NCBI GenBank assembly: GCA_013333195.2 | Contig: JABCPG020000023.1 | Span: forward strand, 7,970-71,969 | DNA from: Bacteroidia bacterium | GTDB taxonomy: Bacteria; Bacteroidota; Bacteroidia; Bacteroidales; CAJPTX01 | Length of the DNA stretch: 64,000 nt | Direction: 5' to 3' | In this document: in pieces, positions 48,005 to 57,369 of the stretch | Position numbering within the stretch: position 1 is the first letter of the stretch | Layout of the letters: every line of letters starts with the position of its first letter | The notes under the pieces: generated by a model | What the model saw: only the letters and a program-made list of their open reading frames with translations | Databases searched by the model: none | What the model was told of the DNA's origin: nothing | Position numbers and translations under genes: made by a program

Positions 48005-48751
48005 ATGGGGCTATTAGCAGGGAAAGTGGCTCTGATCACGGGAGCTGCACGTGGAATTGGTAAGGCGATCGCGTTGGAGTATGCCCGGGAAGGCGCTAAT
48101 GTTGCCTTCACGGACATCGCAAAAAATGAAACGTTTCAGGCAACCGAGAGGGAGTTGCAGGCGCTCGGGGTGAAGGCGAAGGGCTATGCGTCGGATGCGA
48201 GCGATTTTGCGTCGTCCGAAAAGACAGTTGATGAAGTGTTTTCGGATTTCGGTCGCATCGATGTGCTGGTCAATAATGCTGGAATAACGCGTGATGCGCT
48301 ATTGATGCGCATGACCGAAGAGCAATGGGATCTGGTACTAAAAGTGAATTTGAAATCAGCCTTTTGCATGACAAAGGCAGTGCAGAAGTACATGATAAAG
48401 CAACATTGCGGTTCCATTATCAATATGAGTTCGGTAGTAGGAGTTTCTGGTAATGCGGGGCAGGCGAACTACTCGGCTTCTAAAGCCGGAATGATTGGAT
48501 TTACCAAGTCTGTGGCGAAGGAACTCGGTTCTCGTAATGTAAGGAGCAACGCGATCGCACCTGGGTTTATCATAACAGACATGACGGCCCAACTCTCGGA
48601 CGATGTTCGGCAGGCGTGGGAGAAGCAGATCCCATTGCGTCGGGGCGGAACGCCTGAAGATGTAGCGCGGGTGGCTGTGTTCTTGGGGTCTGATTTGTCA
48701 TCGTACGTGAGTGGGCAGGTGATTAATGTGTGCGGTGGAATGAATACCTGA
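48005..48751 (+). CDS. fabG: 3-oxoacyl-[ACP] reductase
   Basis: SDR motifs GKVALITGAARGIGKAIA, NNAG and YSASKAG. 248 aa. Confidence 0.9.
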   Translation: MGLLAGKVALITGAARGIGKAIALEYAREGANVAFTDIAKNETFQATERELQALGVKAKGYASDASDFASSEKTVDEVFSDFGRIDVLVNNAGITRDALLMRMTEEQWDLVLKVNLKSAFCMTKAVQKYMIKQHCGSIINMSSVVGVSGNAGQANYSASKAGMIGFTKSVAKELGSRNVRSNAIAPGFIITDMTAQLSDDVRQAWEKQIPLRRGGTPEDVARVAVFLGSDLSSYVSGQVINVCGGMNT

Positions 48752-48781
48752 CCCATTGGCGCTTTGCGTAGGGATTGCGTA

Positions 48782-48820
48782 ACGGTGGTCTCCCGGGGTG
48801 GGGATCACCGTTTTTCTTAT
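48782..48820 (+). terminator. Rho-independent terminator after fabG
   Basis: acggtggtctccc gggg tggggatcaccgt hairpin (GC-rich, one G-U pair) followed by tttttcttattt. Confidence 0.7.
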
Positions 48821-48943
48821 TTAAAATCGATTTCATTTATGTGTGGTTAACAATTTTTAATGTAGTTTCTGTATATTCGCGTGGTAGAGTGGGAGGGTGT
48901 AGGGTTTGAGGGGAGTAGATGGAAAAGTGCAAGGAAAAGATAG

Positions 48944-49891
48944 ATGCTAGGTTGGTTTGGCAAGACGCGGAACGAATCGCTTGATAAGGGATTAAGCAAG
49001 ACGCGTACTAATTTATTCACAAGGATTTCGAACGTTTTCGGGCTACGCAAAAAAATAGACGAAGATTTTTTGGATAGTCTCGAAGAGGTTTTAGTTTCTG
49101 CGGATGTAGGGGTGGAGACAACGTTGCGCATTATCGACGGAGTGCAGTCTAAGGTAAAGGCTGGGGCGCGGGCCTCGTCAGAGGAGGAGCTGCGCGACGT
49201 GCTGCATGACGTTGTGAAAGAACTTTTATCGGTGAGTTCGACTAAACCGATAAAGGACCCCCAGCCCGGTATCCCATATGTTATACTAGTGGTAGGTGTT
49301 AACGGTGTGGGAAAAACCACGACAATAGGCAAGCTTGCGTACATGTACTCCTCCATGGGGAAGAAGGTACTCTTGGGCGCAGCGGATACTTTTAGGGCAG
49401 CCGCAGTTGAGCAGCTGTCTATATGGGCTGAGCGTACTGGAGTCTCCATAGTAAAGCAACAGATGGGCGCAGACCCCGCATCCGTCGCCTACGATACGGT
49501 GGCGGCGGCGCAGGCGCAAAAGGCCGATATTGTACTTATTGATACGGCGGGACGTTTGCATAACAAGGTGAATTTGATGAACGAACTTGCAAAAATACGC
49601 CGCGTCGTGCAGCGACTACTACCCGATGCGCCACAGGAAGTACTGCTAGTATTGGATGGAAGTACAGGGCAAAATGCGTATGAGCAGGCTAAGCAATTCA
49701 TGAGCGTTACGGAGGTTAATGCTCTGGCGCTGACCAAGCTGGATGGAACGGCCAAGGGCGGTGTTGCAATCGGGATTACCGACCAGTTACAGGTCCCCAT
49801 AAAGTACATAGGGGTTGGGGAGAGGATGGAGGATATACAGCTGTTTGACAAAGACGCGTTTGTTGATTCTCTTTTTTATAAACATGCCTAG
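48944..49891 (+). CDS. ftsY: Signal recognition particle receptor FtsY
   Basis: NG domain with VVGVNGVGKTTTIGKLA, DTAGRLH and TKLDGTAKGG. Confidence 0.92.
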   Translation: MLGWFGKTRNESLDKGLSKTRTNLFTRISNVFGLRKKIDEDFLDSLEEVLVSADVGVETTLRIIDGVQSKVKAGARASSEEELRDVLHDVVKELLSVSSTKPIKDPQPGIPYVILVVGVNGVGKTTTIGKLAYMYSSMGKKVLLGAADTFRAAAVEQLSIWAERTGVSIVKQQMGADPASVAYDTVAAAQAQKADIVLIDTAGRLHNKVNLMNELAKIRRVVQRLLPDAPQEVLLVLDGSTGQNAYEQAKQFMSVTEVNALALTKLDGTAKGGVAIGITDQLQVPIKYIGVGERMEDIQLFDKDAFVDSLFYKHA

Positions 49892-51230
49892 AGTAGAAGA
49901 ACGGTGTCATTCGGCTGTACTAGTCACGTTGGGTTGTTCAAAGAATAGGGTTGATAGCGAACGTATCGGAGGCGCGCTCACGTCTGGGGGGTGGGTGGTA
50001 CGTTATGATGAGGAACCCACGGTGGACGATGTATTGATCCTCAACACCTGTGGTTTTATTGGCGATGCCAAGGAGGAGTCTGTGGGATACATCTTGCGCG
50101 CTGAGGAGATGCTCCGCCGTGGTTTGGTGCGGGATGTGGTGGTAATGGGGTGTCTTTCGGAACGATATGGGGCGGAATTGCAGCGTGAGCTGCCCGGGGT
50201 AAAGCATTGGTTCGGGGTTAAGGATGGGCGTGAATTGTTGGCTGTTTTGGGGGTGACGGTGGCGCCGCACCTGATTGATCGTTTGCAATCGACCCCTCGA
50301 CATTATGCGTACCTAAAGATTGCGGAGGGGTGCGATCGCGGATGTAGTTTTTGCGCCATTCCTAGCATTCGTGGAAAGTATAGTTCGTTAAGTCGAGAGC
50401 AGCTTATTGCGGAGACAGAAAGGCTGGCTGAAGGTGGCGTCAAGGAGTTAATGCTGGTCGCGCAAGAATTAACGAGCTACGGAAGGGATTTGAGGGAGGA
50501 GGGAGGATTGGCGGAGCTGCTATGGGCGTTAAGTGAAGTGCGCGGGATTGAGTGGTTGCGTTTGCACTACGCCTATCCGACGGGGTTCGGCGGAAATGTT
50601 TTAGAGTGGATGCGGAGTTGCAGCAAAGCGTGTAAGTACTTGGATATTCCTGTGCAGCATATATCTACGCCCGTGCTGCGAAGCATGAATCGGCAGCATG
50701 ATGGCGCTGCAACCCGCTTGCTTTTAGCGCAGCTACGTGATGTTGTGCCAGAAGTAACGCTTCGTACGAGTCTGATAGTGGGGTTTCCAACGGAGGGACA
50801 GCGAGAATTCGAAGAACTATTGGCATTCGTGCACGAAGCCCAGTTCGACCATTTGGGCGTTTTTGCCTATTCGCACGAAGAGGGTACCAGTGCTGCGAAA
50901 AAGTATGAGGACGTCGTGCCGTTCGAGGAAAAGCAGCGGAGGGTTGAAGCGATAATGGACGTGCAGCGCGCGATAGCGGCCCAACGAAAAAGGCGCTTTG
51001 TTGGAAAAACGTTGCGTGTTATCGTGGACGAGTTGCTGGGTAACGGTGAGGCTCAAGGGCGCACTGAATACGATAGCCCAGAGGTGGATGGGGAGGTGCT
51101 TGTGCGGGGAGGGGATGCGGATTTACAGGTTGGTGATATTCTTAGTGTTCGCATTGAAGGGGTGGAGGATTACGATTTGTTCGGCAGCGCGTTGGGCAGT
51201 AGAACAGGCGAATCGATTTTAGGAAAGTAA
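49884..51230 (+). CDS. rimO: Ribosomal protein S12 methylthiotransferase RimO
   Basis: MTTase N-domain (LGCSKNRVDSE), radical-SAM CDRGCSFC, C-terminal TRAM domain. Start at MPRVEE overlaps the ftsY stop by 8 nt; the ORF track starts at 49815. Confidence 0.9.
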   Translation: MPRVEERCHSAVLVTLGCSKNRVDSERIGGALTSGGWVVRYDEEPTVDDVLILNTCGFIGDAKEESVGYILRAEEMLRRGLVRDVVVMGCLSERYGAELQRELPGVKHWFGVKDGRELLAVLGVTVAPHLIDRLQSTPRHYAYLKIAEGCDRGCSFCAIPSIRGKYSSLSREQLIAETERLAEGGVKELMLVAQELTSYGRDLREEGGLAELLWALSEVRGIEWLRLHYAYPTGFGGNVLEWMRSCSKACKYLDIPVQHISTPVLRSMNRQHDGAATRLLLAQLRDVVPEVTLRTSLIVGFPTEGQREFEELLAFVHEAQFDHLGVFAYSHEEGTSAAKKYEDVVPFEEKQRRVEAIMDVQRAIAAQRKRRFVGKTLRVIVDELLGNGEAQGRTEYDSPEVDGEVLVRGGDADLQVGDILSVRIEGVEDYDLFGSALGSRTGESILGK

Positions 51231-51244
51231 GCTACGTTTACTCG

Positions 51245-53389
51245 ATGGGGGTGAAAAAAAACTTGAAAGCAGTGCGCTTGCTTTGTTTTTTTATCATGGG
51301 CGTAGTGTGTGCATTTTCGCTGAACCTCAGTGGGCAGGTACGAAAGAATAATTTGAATACTGGCACTCCGCCCCGTTGCGAGGCTAAGGAAGACGCAGCA
51401 GAAGAGCCGTTGGATCGAACCGACACTGCTAGGTGGAGCGATGCCCTGTGGGAACGGATTGATAGAGCTTACCAGTTGCAGCGTTACGATGAGGCTTTGC
51501 GGTGGTTGGATTCATTGGGTTTGATCCTATCGCCATGGAGTGAGCCGAATGCGCTGCTTAAGTATTTTGCGTGGAAGGGCGATGTACACTACCGCTTGGG
51601 GCAAATCTCCCATGCCCTGAAGGCTTTTCGAGCGGCGCTGGGTGTGCAAACGCGCGACCCGCGGTGGGAACTCTTCTCCGCGTATGTCGGTTTGGGTACA
51701 ATATACGGGCAGTTTAATTACGATGAAAAGGCGTTGTGGAGTTTCCAACATGCTGATAGCGTGCTTATCGCCCGTGGCAATAGCAATGGGCGTAGTTTCC
51801 TGTTTATCAACATGGCGGAAATTTATATGCGTGAGGGAAAATACGGGAAGGCATTGTGCGCCTGCTATGATGCGCAGCTATGTTTAAAAAAACGGTACGA
51901 TGATTTAGTTGCGTTGCTACACGTGAATATGTCTTGCATATATGCTAAGTTGGGGCGCTACGATCTGCTGAAAGCGCATTCCGATTTCGCGTTGAAGTAC
52001 ACGGAGGCGCGTGGTAATGAGCTGCTCCGGCAGGAAGTGTATGTGAAGCTTGCGGGTGCGTGGCATGATGCGGGGAATGAGGAGCAGGCGTACGCGTTGC
52101 TGCAGGCGGAGAAGGCGTTGGGTATCGGATTGCCTACTGGTGATGTGTATAAGCTGTTGCTAAAGATTATGTCGACCCACCTCGAGTCGGAAGGCAATCA
52201 TAGAATGGCTGCTTTTGCCCTGGATGCGTATATGCGTTACGATGATAGCATTAAAAGTTCTTTGGCTCAGGTAGATTTCGCGGATGCCGCGTTGACCGAC
52301 GAGCTGCTTTTGATGCGTGATTGGCAGCGCAGGCAAATGGAGCAGCTGGAGCAAAGGCAGCGTGACGATCGTTGCCACTACCGTAAAGTCTCGTTGCAGC
52401 TGGTTGCTCTCCTTTCTTTGATGGTCGGGGTGTGGCTGACGATGTACATGGTCCGTTCTCGACGCCTTCAGGCGGTGGTTAACGTGCAGGAGGCTGCGGA
52501 CAGATTGGCGGTGGTGAATGCAAGCGTGGAGCATCAGCAGGAGCAAATCAGGGAGCAGAGAGAAGCGGTATTTCAGCAGCGGGTTGCGTTGGAACAATCT
52601 AAGCAGATGTTGCAGCTCACCGGGAAGAAGTTTAGGAATGATTTGGGGTACGTGTTGAATTTACAGAGGGCGTTGCTTCCTTCGCAGGAGCGTATGCAGC
52701 GGATTCTAGGGGAGGCTTTCGCCCTGTATCTCCCCCGTGACGTGGTGTCAGGGGACTTCTACAGCTGCCATGAGGTTGGTGATGTAAAGGTGTTTGCTGT
52801 ATTTGATTGCGCTGGCCATGGGATCCCTGGGGCGTTGATGAGTTTTATTGGAACGATCTTGATGCGCAAGGTGATAAGGGAGGCGCAGGAGATAGAACCG
52901 GCGGGTATATTAACCCGGCTGCATGAGCTCATGAAGCAATATTTAAGGGATGAGCGTGGGAGTGGCGTGGGTTTTTACACGATGGACGCTAGTATCGCGG
53001 TGTGGCATGCTAAGGAGAGACGATTGGTTTTGAGTAGCGCGTGTCGCACTGCGTATCTTTATACTGAGGGGGTGATGCACGCCTATCGAGGTGTGATTAT
53101 GAGCGTGGGGAGTAAACTGGTGGAGCGAGAGTACGTTAACGATGAGGTCGATGTCCCAACGTCGGCTATGCTCTACCTATCCACCGATGGCTATGCCGAT
53201 CAAATGGATGATGAAAATCGAAAGTATGGGAGCGTGCGCTTCATCAATTTGCTTACCGATGTGGCAGCGTTTCCCATGCAGGAGCAGAAAGCGAGATTAT
53301 TCCGTGAGTTTGAAAGCTATCGTGCTAAAACGATCCAGACCGATGACGTGTGCGTCCTGGGTATTAGGTTGGGAGGGGAGGAGGTATGA
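51245..53389 (+). CDS. TPR-repeat / single-TM / SpoIIE-type PP2C phosphatase sensor protein
   Basis: Signal-anchor, about 330 aa TPR-like region, TM helix aa 383-403, coiled coil, then PP2C motifs SGDFYS, FDCAGHG, STDGYADQ and QTDDVCVLG. Confidence 0.8.
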   Translation: MGVKKNLKAVRLLCFFIMGVVCAFSLNLSGQVRKNNLNTGTPPRCEAKEDAAEEPLDRTDTARWSDALWERIDRAYQLQRYDEALRWLDSLGLILSPWSEPNALLKYFAWKGDVHYRLGQISHALKAFRAALGVQTRDPRWELFSAYVGLGTIYGQFNYDEKALWSFQHADSVLIARGNSNGRSFLFINMAEIYMREGKYGKALCACYDAQLCLKKRYDDLVALLHVNMSCIYAKLGRYDLLKAHSDFALKYTEARGNELLRQEVYVKLAGAWHDAGNEEQAYALLQAEKALGIGLPTGDVYKLLLKIMSTHLESEGNHRMAAFALDAYMRYDDSIKSSLAQVDFADAALTDELLLMRDWQRRQMEQLEQRQRDDRCHYRKVSLQLVALLSLMVGVWLTMYMVRSRRLQAVVNVQEAADRLAVVNASVEHQQEQIREQREAVFQQRVALEQSKQMLQLTGKKFRNDLGYVLNLQRALLPSQERMQRILGEAFALYLPRDVVSGDFYSCHEVGDVKVFAVFDCAGHGIPGALMSFIGTILMRKVIREAQEIEPAGILTRLHELMKQYLRDERGSGVGFYTMDASIAVWHAKERRLVLSSACRTAYLYTEGVMHAYRGVIMSVGSKLVEREYVNDEVDVPTSAMLYLSTDGYADQMDDENRKYGSVRFINLLTDVAAFPMQEQKARLFREFESYRAKTIQTDDVCVLGIRLGGEEV

Positions 53390-55563
53390 GGTGGTGGTGG
53401 AAAGCGTTAGTGCTAGTCGCATTGATGTCGTTTCCCGGGTTTATCCGGGCGATACCGATAAGCTTCTTGCATGCTGGGAATAGCAGCCTTGAAGCGCAGT
53501 GCGAAACGCGATTCTTGCGGTTCGATTCGCTTGTTAATGCCCTCCGATTCGTTGATGCGCAGCGATTTGCTGATAGCCTCCATAAAATTTATGCTGCTGA
53601 TACTGGATGGCACCATGCGCTATTTAATCGTTGGGTAACGTCATTGCTTTCCTATGTTGAGAGGCGTGAGGGAAAGCAGCTCGCCGTGTTGGAGTCAGCG
53701 TATCGGGAATCCGCGCGTAGGTTATGCGTATGGGCATATTGCCGAATGGGGTTGACTCTAGCTAGGGTTTACACGCAGCGCGAAGAACCGGCCGTCGCGT
53801 TGATGTACGCTCGCGCAGTTTTGCAAGAGGCAAGGGAGCGGGGTGATAGCGTGGTGGTGTGCAGCGCGTTGTTGCAATCCTTAATTAACTATTGGCAGCT
53901 AGATAGTCATGGGAAAGTCGACTCCATTTTACTGGAATTGCAAAGTTGGAAGGAAGAGAACGACGATAATGTTCTGCTGTTGCCCCGTGCGTTGCAGCTT
54001 ATAGAGCGTAGGGCGTGGAGTCCTGCGCTGGTTTTGCTCGATACGCTTCGGAGAAGCTACTATCGTGCCGGCAGCATTTTGCTGGCGGGGCGTGTAGCGC
54101 AAGTCATGTCCATGGTTTACCTGCAGCAGGGAGAGGGCCGAAGAGCCTTGCCCTTATTGCGTTGGGTAGATTCGTTGCCTTCTCAGCGAACCCCTGCCAG
54201 AAAAATCTTCGCTTCGTGGATAATCTATGGGGACTGCTACGTCGCGGATATGGATTATAGGCGTGCCGAAAGCTATTTTCTGCGGGCTTTGAATGATGCA
54301 GATATTCTGCAGGCACCTTTCTATAGAGCGAAGGCGATGCGCTGCTTAGGCAATGTGTATATGGAGAGTGGCGACTATCCGCGAGCCTTGGAGATGAAGC
54401 GCCGTGCAATCTCTTTGCAGGATTCTATCACCAGCTTGCTCTCGGTGAAGCTCTTTCGGAGTGGTGATAATATACGGTTGCTTCAGGAGAAAAAAATAGC
54501 GTACGACGTTCAGATCGAGGAGCAGAGGCGGAGGGCTGAGCTGCGTTCAAGGAGGGAAGCTTACTTCGTGGGGATCCTGATCTTCATAATTGGATGCGTG
54601 TTGATTGTGCTGTATCGGCTATATCGAGTATTGCGGGAGATAAAAGCGCTGCGCAGGGAGAAACAATTGCTCACGGATAGGTTGAAGCAGCAGGCGTTCG
54701 AGTTGAAGCGGCAGGGAGGAAAGCTGGAGCGTATGTATATGAGATCGCTTCAGCAGGCAAGTCGCCTCTCGCTGGTGCATGCGGCCATGCATGAAAAATC
54801 TGTCAAGGCGATGCAAAGCGTTGTCTACGCAAGTTCAATCCATCAGGCTTTGTTGCCAACGGAGCAGGAACGGAATGCAATATGCGCTGATAATTTCTTT
54901 ATAACAAGGGCGTTACAATTAGTATCTGGAGATTTATTTTGGGTGGGCAAATGTGATGGCTTGACCGTGTTGGTGCTAGTTGACTGTACAGGGTATGGCA
55001 TTTCGGGTGCTTCGCTCTCTTTTATCGTTTACATGTTGTTGTATTCCGTGGTATTAGAGCGGGGTGTATGCGATCCTCCCTCTATTCTCCATCTGGTTTA
55101 TACTGATTTTCAGCGTTTACTGATGCAAGTGACTGATAAGCGCTTTCGGAGCGAGGCCAATTTCGATTTAATCGTTATGACTTTGGATGAGAAGAATCGG
55201 AGAGCCTGTTTTAGCGGTGCTGGCGAGCAGATCTTCTATAGCCTTGATGGGCGCACCGTGCAGTGCCTATCCGGGAAAACGTATTCGCTGGAGGATAGTA
55301 ATCGGAAAAAGATCCTGCCTCCTTCAGTTACCATCCAGTATGAGCCGGGTTCTCTCTTCTACTTGATGACTCGTGGCTTTATGGAGCAGAGGAGTCCTGA
55401 CCGTGAGAGGTTGGGTTTGGCCAATGTTATCTCCATTCTTGAGCAATCGGCGGAATTACCTATGCGAGAGCAGCGGCAGGAGATTTTGAATTCGCTCGCG
55501 CGCTTTAGGCTTGCTGAGGAGCAGACGGATGATATTATGATTTTAGGGATGCGAATGGCCTAA
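53386..55563 (+). CDS. Paralogous TPR / TM / SpoIIE-like domain protein, probably catalytically degenerate
   Basis: Same architecture as the upstream gene (SGDLFW, VDCTGYG, QTDDIMILG), but the TDG motif is TRG (Arg663). Start overlaps the upstream stop (ATGA). Confidence 0.8.
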   Translation: MRWWWKALVLVALMSFPGFIRAIPISFLHAGNSSLEAQCETRFLRFDSLVNALRFVDAQRFADSLHKIYAADTGWHHALFNRWVTSLLSYVERREGKQLAVLESAYRESARRLCVWAYCRMGLTLARVYTQREEPAVALMYARAVLQEARERGDSVVVCSALLQSLINYWQLDSHGKVDSILLELQSWKEENDDNVLLLPRALQLIERRAWSPALVLLDTLRRSYYRAGSILLAGRVAQVMSMVYLQQGEGRRALPLLRWVDSLPSQRTPARKIFASWIIYGDCYVADMDYRRAESYFLRALNDADILQAPFYRAKAMRCLGNVYMESGDYPRALEMKRRAISLQDSITSLLSVKLFRSGDNIRLLQEKKIAYDVQIEEQRRRAELRSRREAYFVGILIFIIGCVLIVLYRLYRVLREIKALRREKQLLTDRLKQQAFELKRQGGKLERMYMRSLQQASRLSLVHAAMHEKSVKAMQSVVYASSIHQALLPTEQERNAICADNFFITRALQLVSGDLFWVGKCDGLTVLVLVDCTGYGISGASLSFIVYMLLYSVVLERGVCDPPSILHLVYTDFQRLLMQVTDKRFRSEANFDLIVMTLDEKNRRACFSGAGEQIFYSLDGRTVQCLSGKTYSLEDSNRKKILPPSVTIQYEPGSLFYLMTRGFMEQRSPDRERLGLANVISILEQSAELPMREQRQEILNSLARFRLAEEQTDDIMILGMRMA

Positions 55564-55567
55564 ACGT

Positions 55568-55603
55568 TCAGCACCGCTGTTCGTACGCGAACAGCGGTGC
55601 TGA
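55568..55603. terminator. Perfect 16-bp hairpin between convergent genes (likely bidirectional terminator)
   Basis: tcagcaccgctgttcg / tacg / cgaacagcggtgctga, starting 5 nt after the stop at 55563. Confidence 0.7.
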
Positions 55604-55790
55604 GGCAGATGCTTGATTGGAAGGTACCGGGGCCATTTGCTTCTTCTCGTCAGCCCGTTAGCGTTTCCGCCTTGCTGCCTATTAGTCTCTCCCCTTCGAT
55701 TGCTTTTTACGCTGGAGCTCTCCTGGTGTGCGATGCTGGTGCCAGCGGGAACGTTAGGTTCTCTATGGGCGGGCGGCTCGCGCCGTTAGG

Positions 55791-57266
55791 TTAGTATGCG
55801 CGGGCAAAAAGTACTCGCCGATGGGAGGGGCGCCCCGTGCGAATGCAAATCCCCTCCTCTTGAGTACTGTTGAGGGGGATGCAGCGAATCGTAGCTTTTG
55901 TCTCCTCCTTTATGAGCGCTTCAGTCTCGGGGGTGCCGTCCCAGTGGGCAGCTAGGAAACCTCCCTGCTCATCCAGTAGCCGTTTGAATGTGTCGTAATC
56001 ATCAACCGGGGTGATATGGGATTGCTGGAAGCGCAATGCACGGTCGTATAGGTTCTGTTGAATCTCATGCATTAGCCCCTCCACATGCTGCACAATATTG
56101 CTGAGCGGGATTGTACTCTTTTCCCCTGTATCTCTTCGCGCCACTTCCACCGTATGGCTATTAAGATCGCGCGGACCGATGGACAGGCGAACCGGGATGC
56201 CATGCAGCTCATGTTCAGCAAATTTAAACCCAGGTTTCAGCGTGTCCCGGTCGTCGTAGGTAGCCACTAGGCCAGCCGCGGAAAGCTTCTCTTTAAGGTC
56301 GGCGCCTAGCGCCGAGATGGCCGCGCGTTCTTCTTGGGTTTTATAGATAGGGACAATCGCCACGTGGATGGGGGCGAGCTTGGGCGGCAGCACGAGCCCG
56401 TTGTCGTCGCTATGGGCCATGATCAGCGCTCCCATGAGGCGTGTCGAAACCCCCCAGGACGTCGCCCATACGTACTTGGACTCTCCCTTCTCATCGACAA
56501 ACTTCACGTCGAAAGCCTTCGCAAAATTTTGGCCTAAAAAGTGCGACGTGCCCGCCTGTAGCGCCTTTCCATCCTGCATAAGCGCCTCGATGCAGTAGGT
56601 GTCAATGGCCCCAGCGAAACGTTCGCTCTCTGATTTTACCCCCACGATGACCGGCAGGGCCATCCATTCACGTGCGAATGTTTCGTACACGTGGATCATC
56701 CGCTTAGCCTCTTCCACCGCCTCCTCGCGGGTCGCGTGGGCGGTGTGTCCCTCTTGCCATAAAAACTCTGCCGTGCGCAGGAAGAGGCGTGTGCGCATCT
56801 CCCAACGCATTACATTGGCCCATTGGTTAATCAGCAGCGGAAGGTCGCGGTACGATTGGATCCACCCGCGGTAGGTGTTCCAAATGATTGTCTCGGAGGT
56901 CGGGCGTATGATTAGCTCCTCCTCGAGCTTCGCGGCGGGGTCGACTACCACGCCATTCCCATCGGGGGCCACTTTTAAACGGTAGTGGGTGACCACGGCG
57001 CACTCCTTCGCGAAGCCCTCCACGTGGTCCGCCTCTTTGCTTAGGTACGATTTCGGAATTAGCAGGGGAAAGTATGCATTCTGGTGGCCCGTGGCTTTGA
57101 ACATATCGTCGAGTGCGCGCTGCATCCTCTCCCAAATTGCAAACCCATGTGGTTTTATGACCATGCACCCGCGCACGGATGAATGTTCGGCTAAATTCGC
57201 TTTGCCTACGATGTCAGTATACCAGCGCGAGTAATCTTCAGCGCGCGGAGTAATCTCTTTTGCCAT
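55791..57266 (-). CDS. proS: Proline--tRNA ligase (archaeal/eukaryote-like type)
   Basis: Class II core ([30 protein letters not shown]) and a C-terminal domain ending in ...FARAY. Start set at [16 protein letters not shown]; the ORF track extends to 57329. Confidence 0.93.
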   Translation of the reverse strand: MAKEITPRAEDYSRWYTDIVGKANLAEHSSVRGCMVIKPHGFAIWERMQRALDDMFKATGHQNAYFPLLIPKSYLSKEADHVEGFAKECAVVTHYRLKVAPDGNGVVVDPAAKLEEELIIRPTSETIIWNTYRGWIQSYRDLPLLINQWANVMRWEMRTRLFLRTAEFLWQEGHTAHATREEAVEEAKRMIHVYETFAREWMALPVIVGVKSESERFAGAIDTYCIEALMQDGKALQAGTSHFLGQNFAKAFDVKFVDEKGESKYVWATSWGVSTRLMGALIMAHSDDNGLVLPPKLAPIHVAIVPIYKTQEERAAISALGADLKEKLSAAGLVATYDDRDTLKPGFKFAEHELHGIPVRLSIGPRDLNSHTVEVARRDTGEKSTIPLSNIVQHVEGLMHEIQQNLYDRALRFQQSHITPVDDYDTFKRLLDEQGGFLAAHWDGTPETEALIKEETKATIRCIPLNSTQEEGICIRTGRPSHRRVLFARAY

Positions 57267-57369
57267 GTGTATTATTGTTGGTATGCATTTTGTGATTTCG
57301 CCCGGTACGAACGGGTCGCAAAGTAACAAAAAATAACCTTAAGCGGTGTAATTACTAGGAGGTAGTCGA

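Noticed and set aside
31000-49000. Apparent drop in GC content relative to the flanks as evidence of a horizontally acquired island. Spot counts on single 60-nt lines gave about 45-48% here versus about 53-57% at 5.7 kb and 53.7 kb.
   Set aside because: The lower-GC stretch also covers core genes (pgk, ftsE, clpC, tpx, fabG). There are no integrase, tRNA or direct-repeat boundaries. My estimate rests on a few hand-counted lines only. A proper sliding-window GC and codon-usage calculation is needed before any claim.
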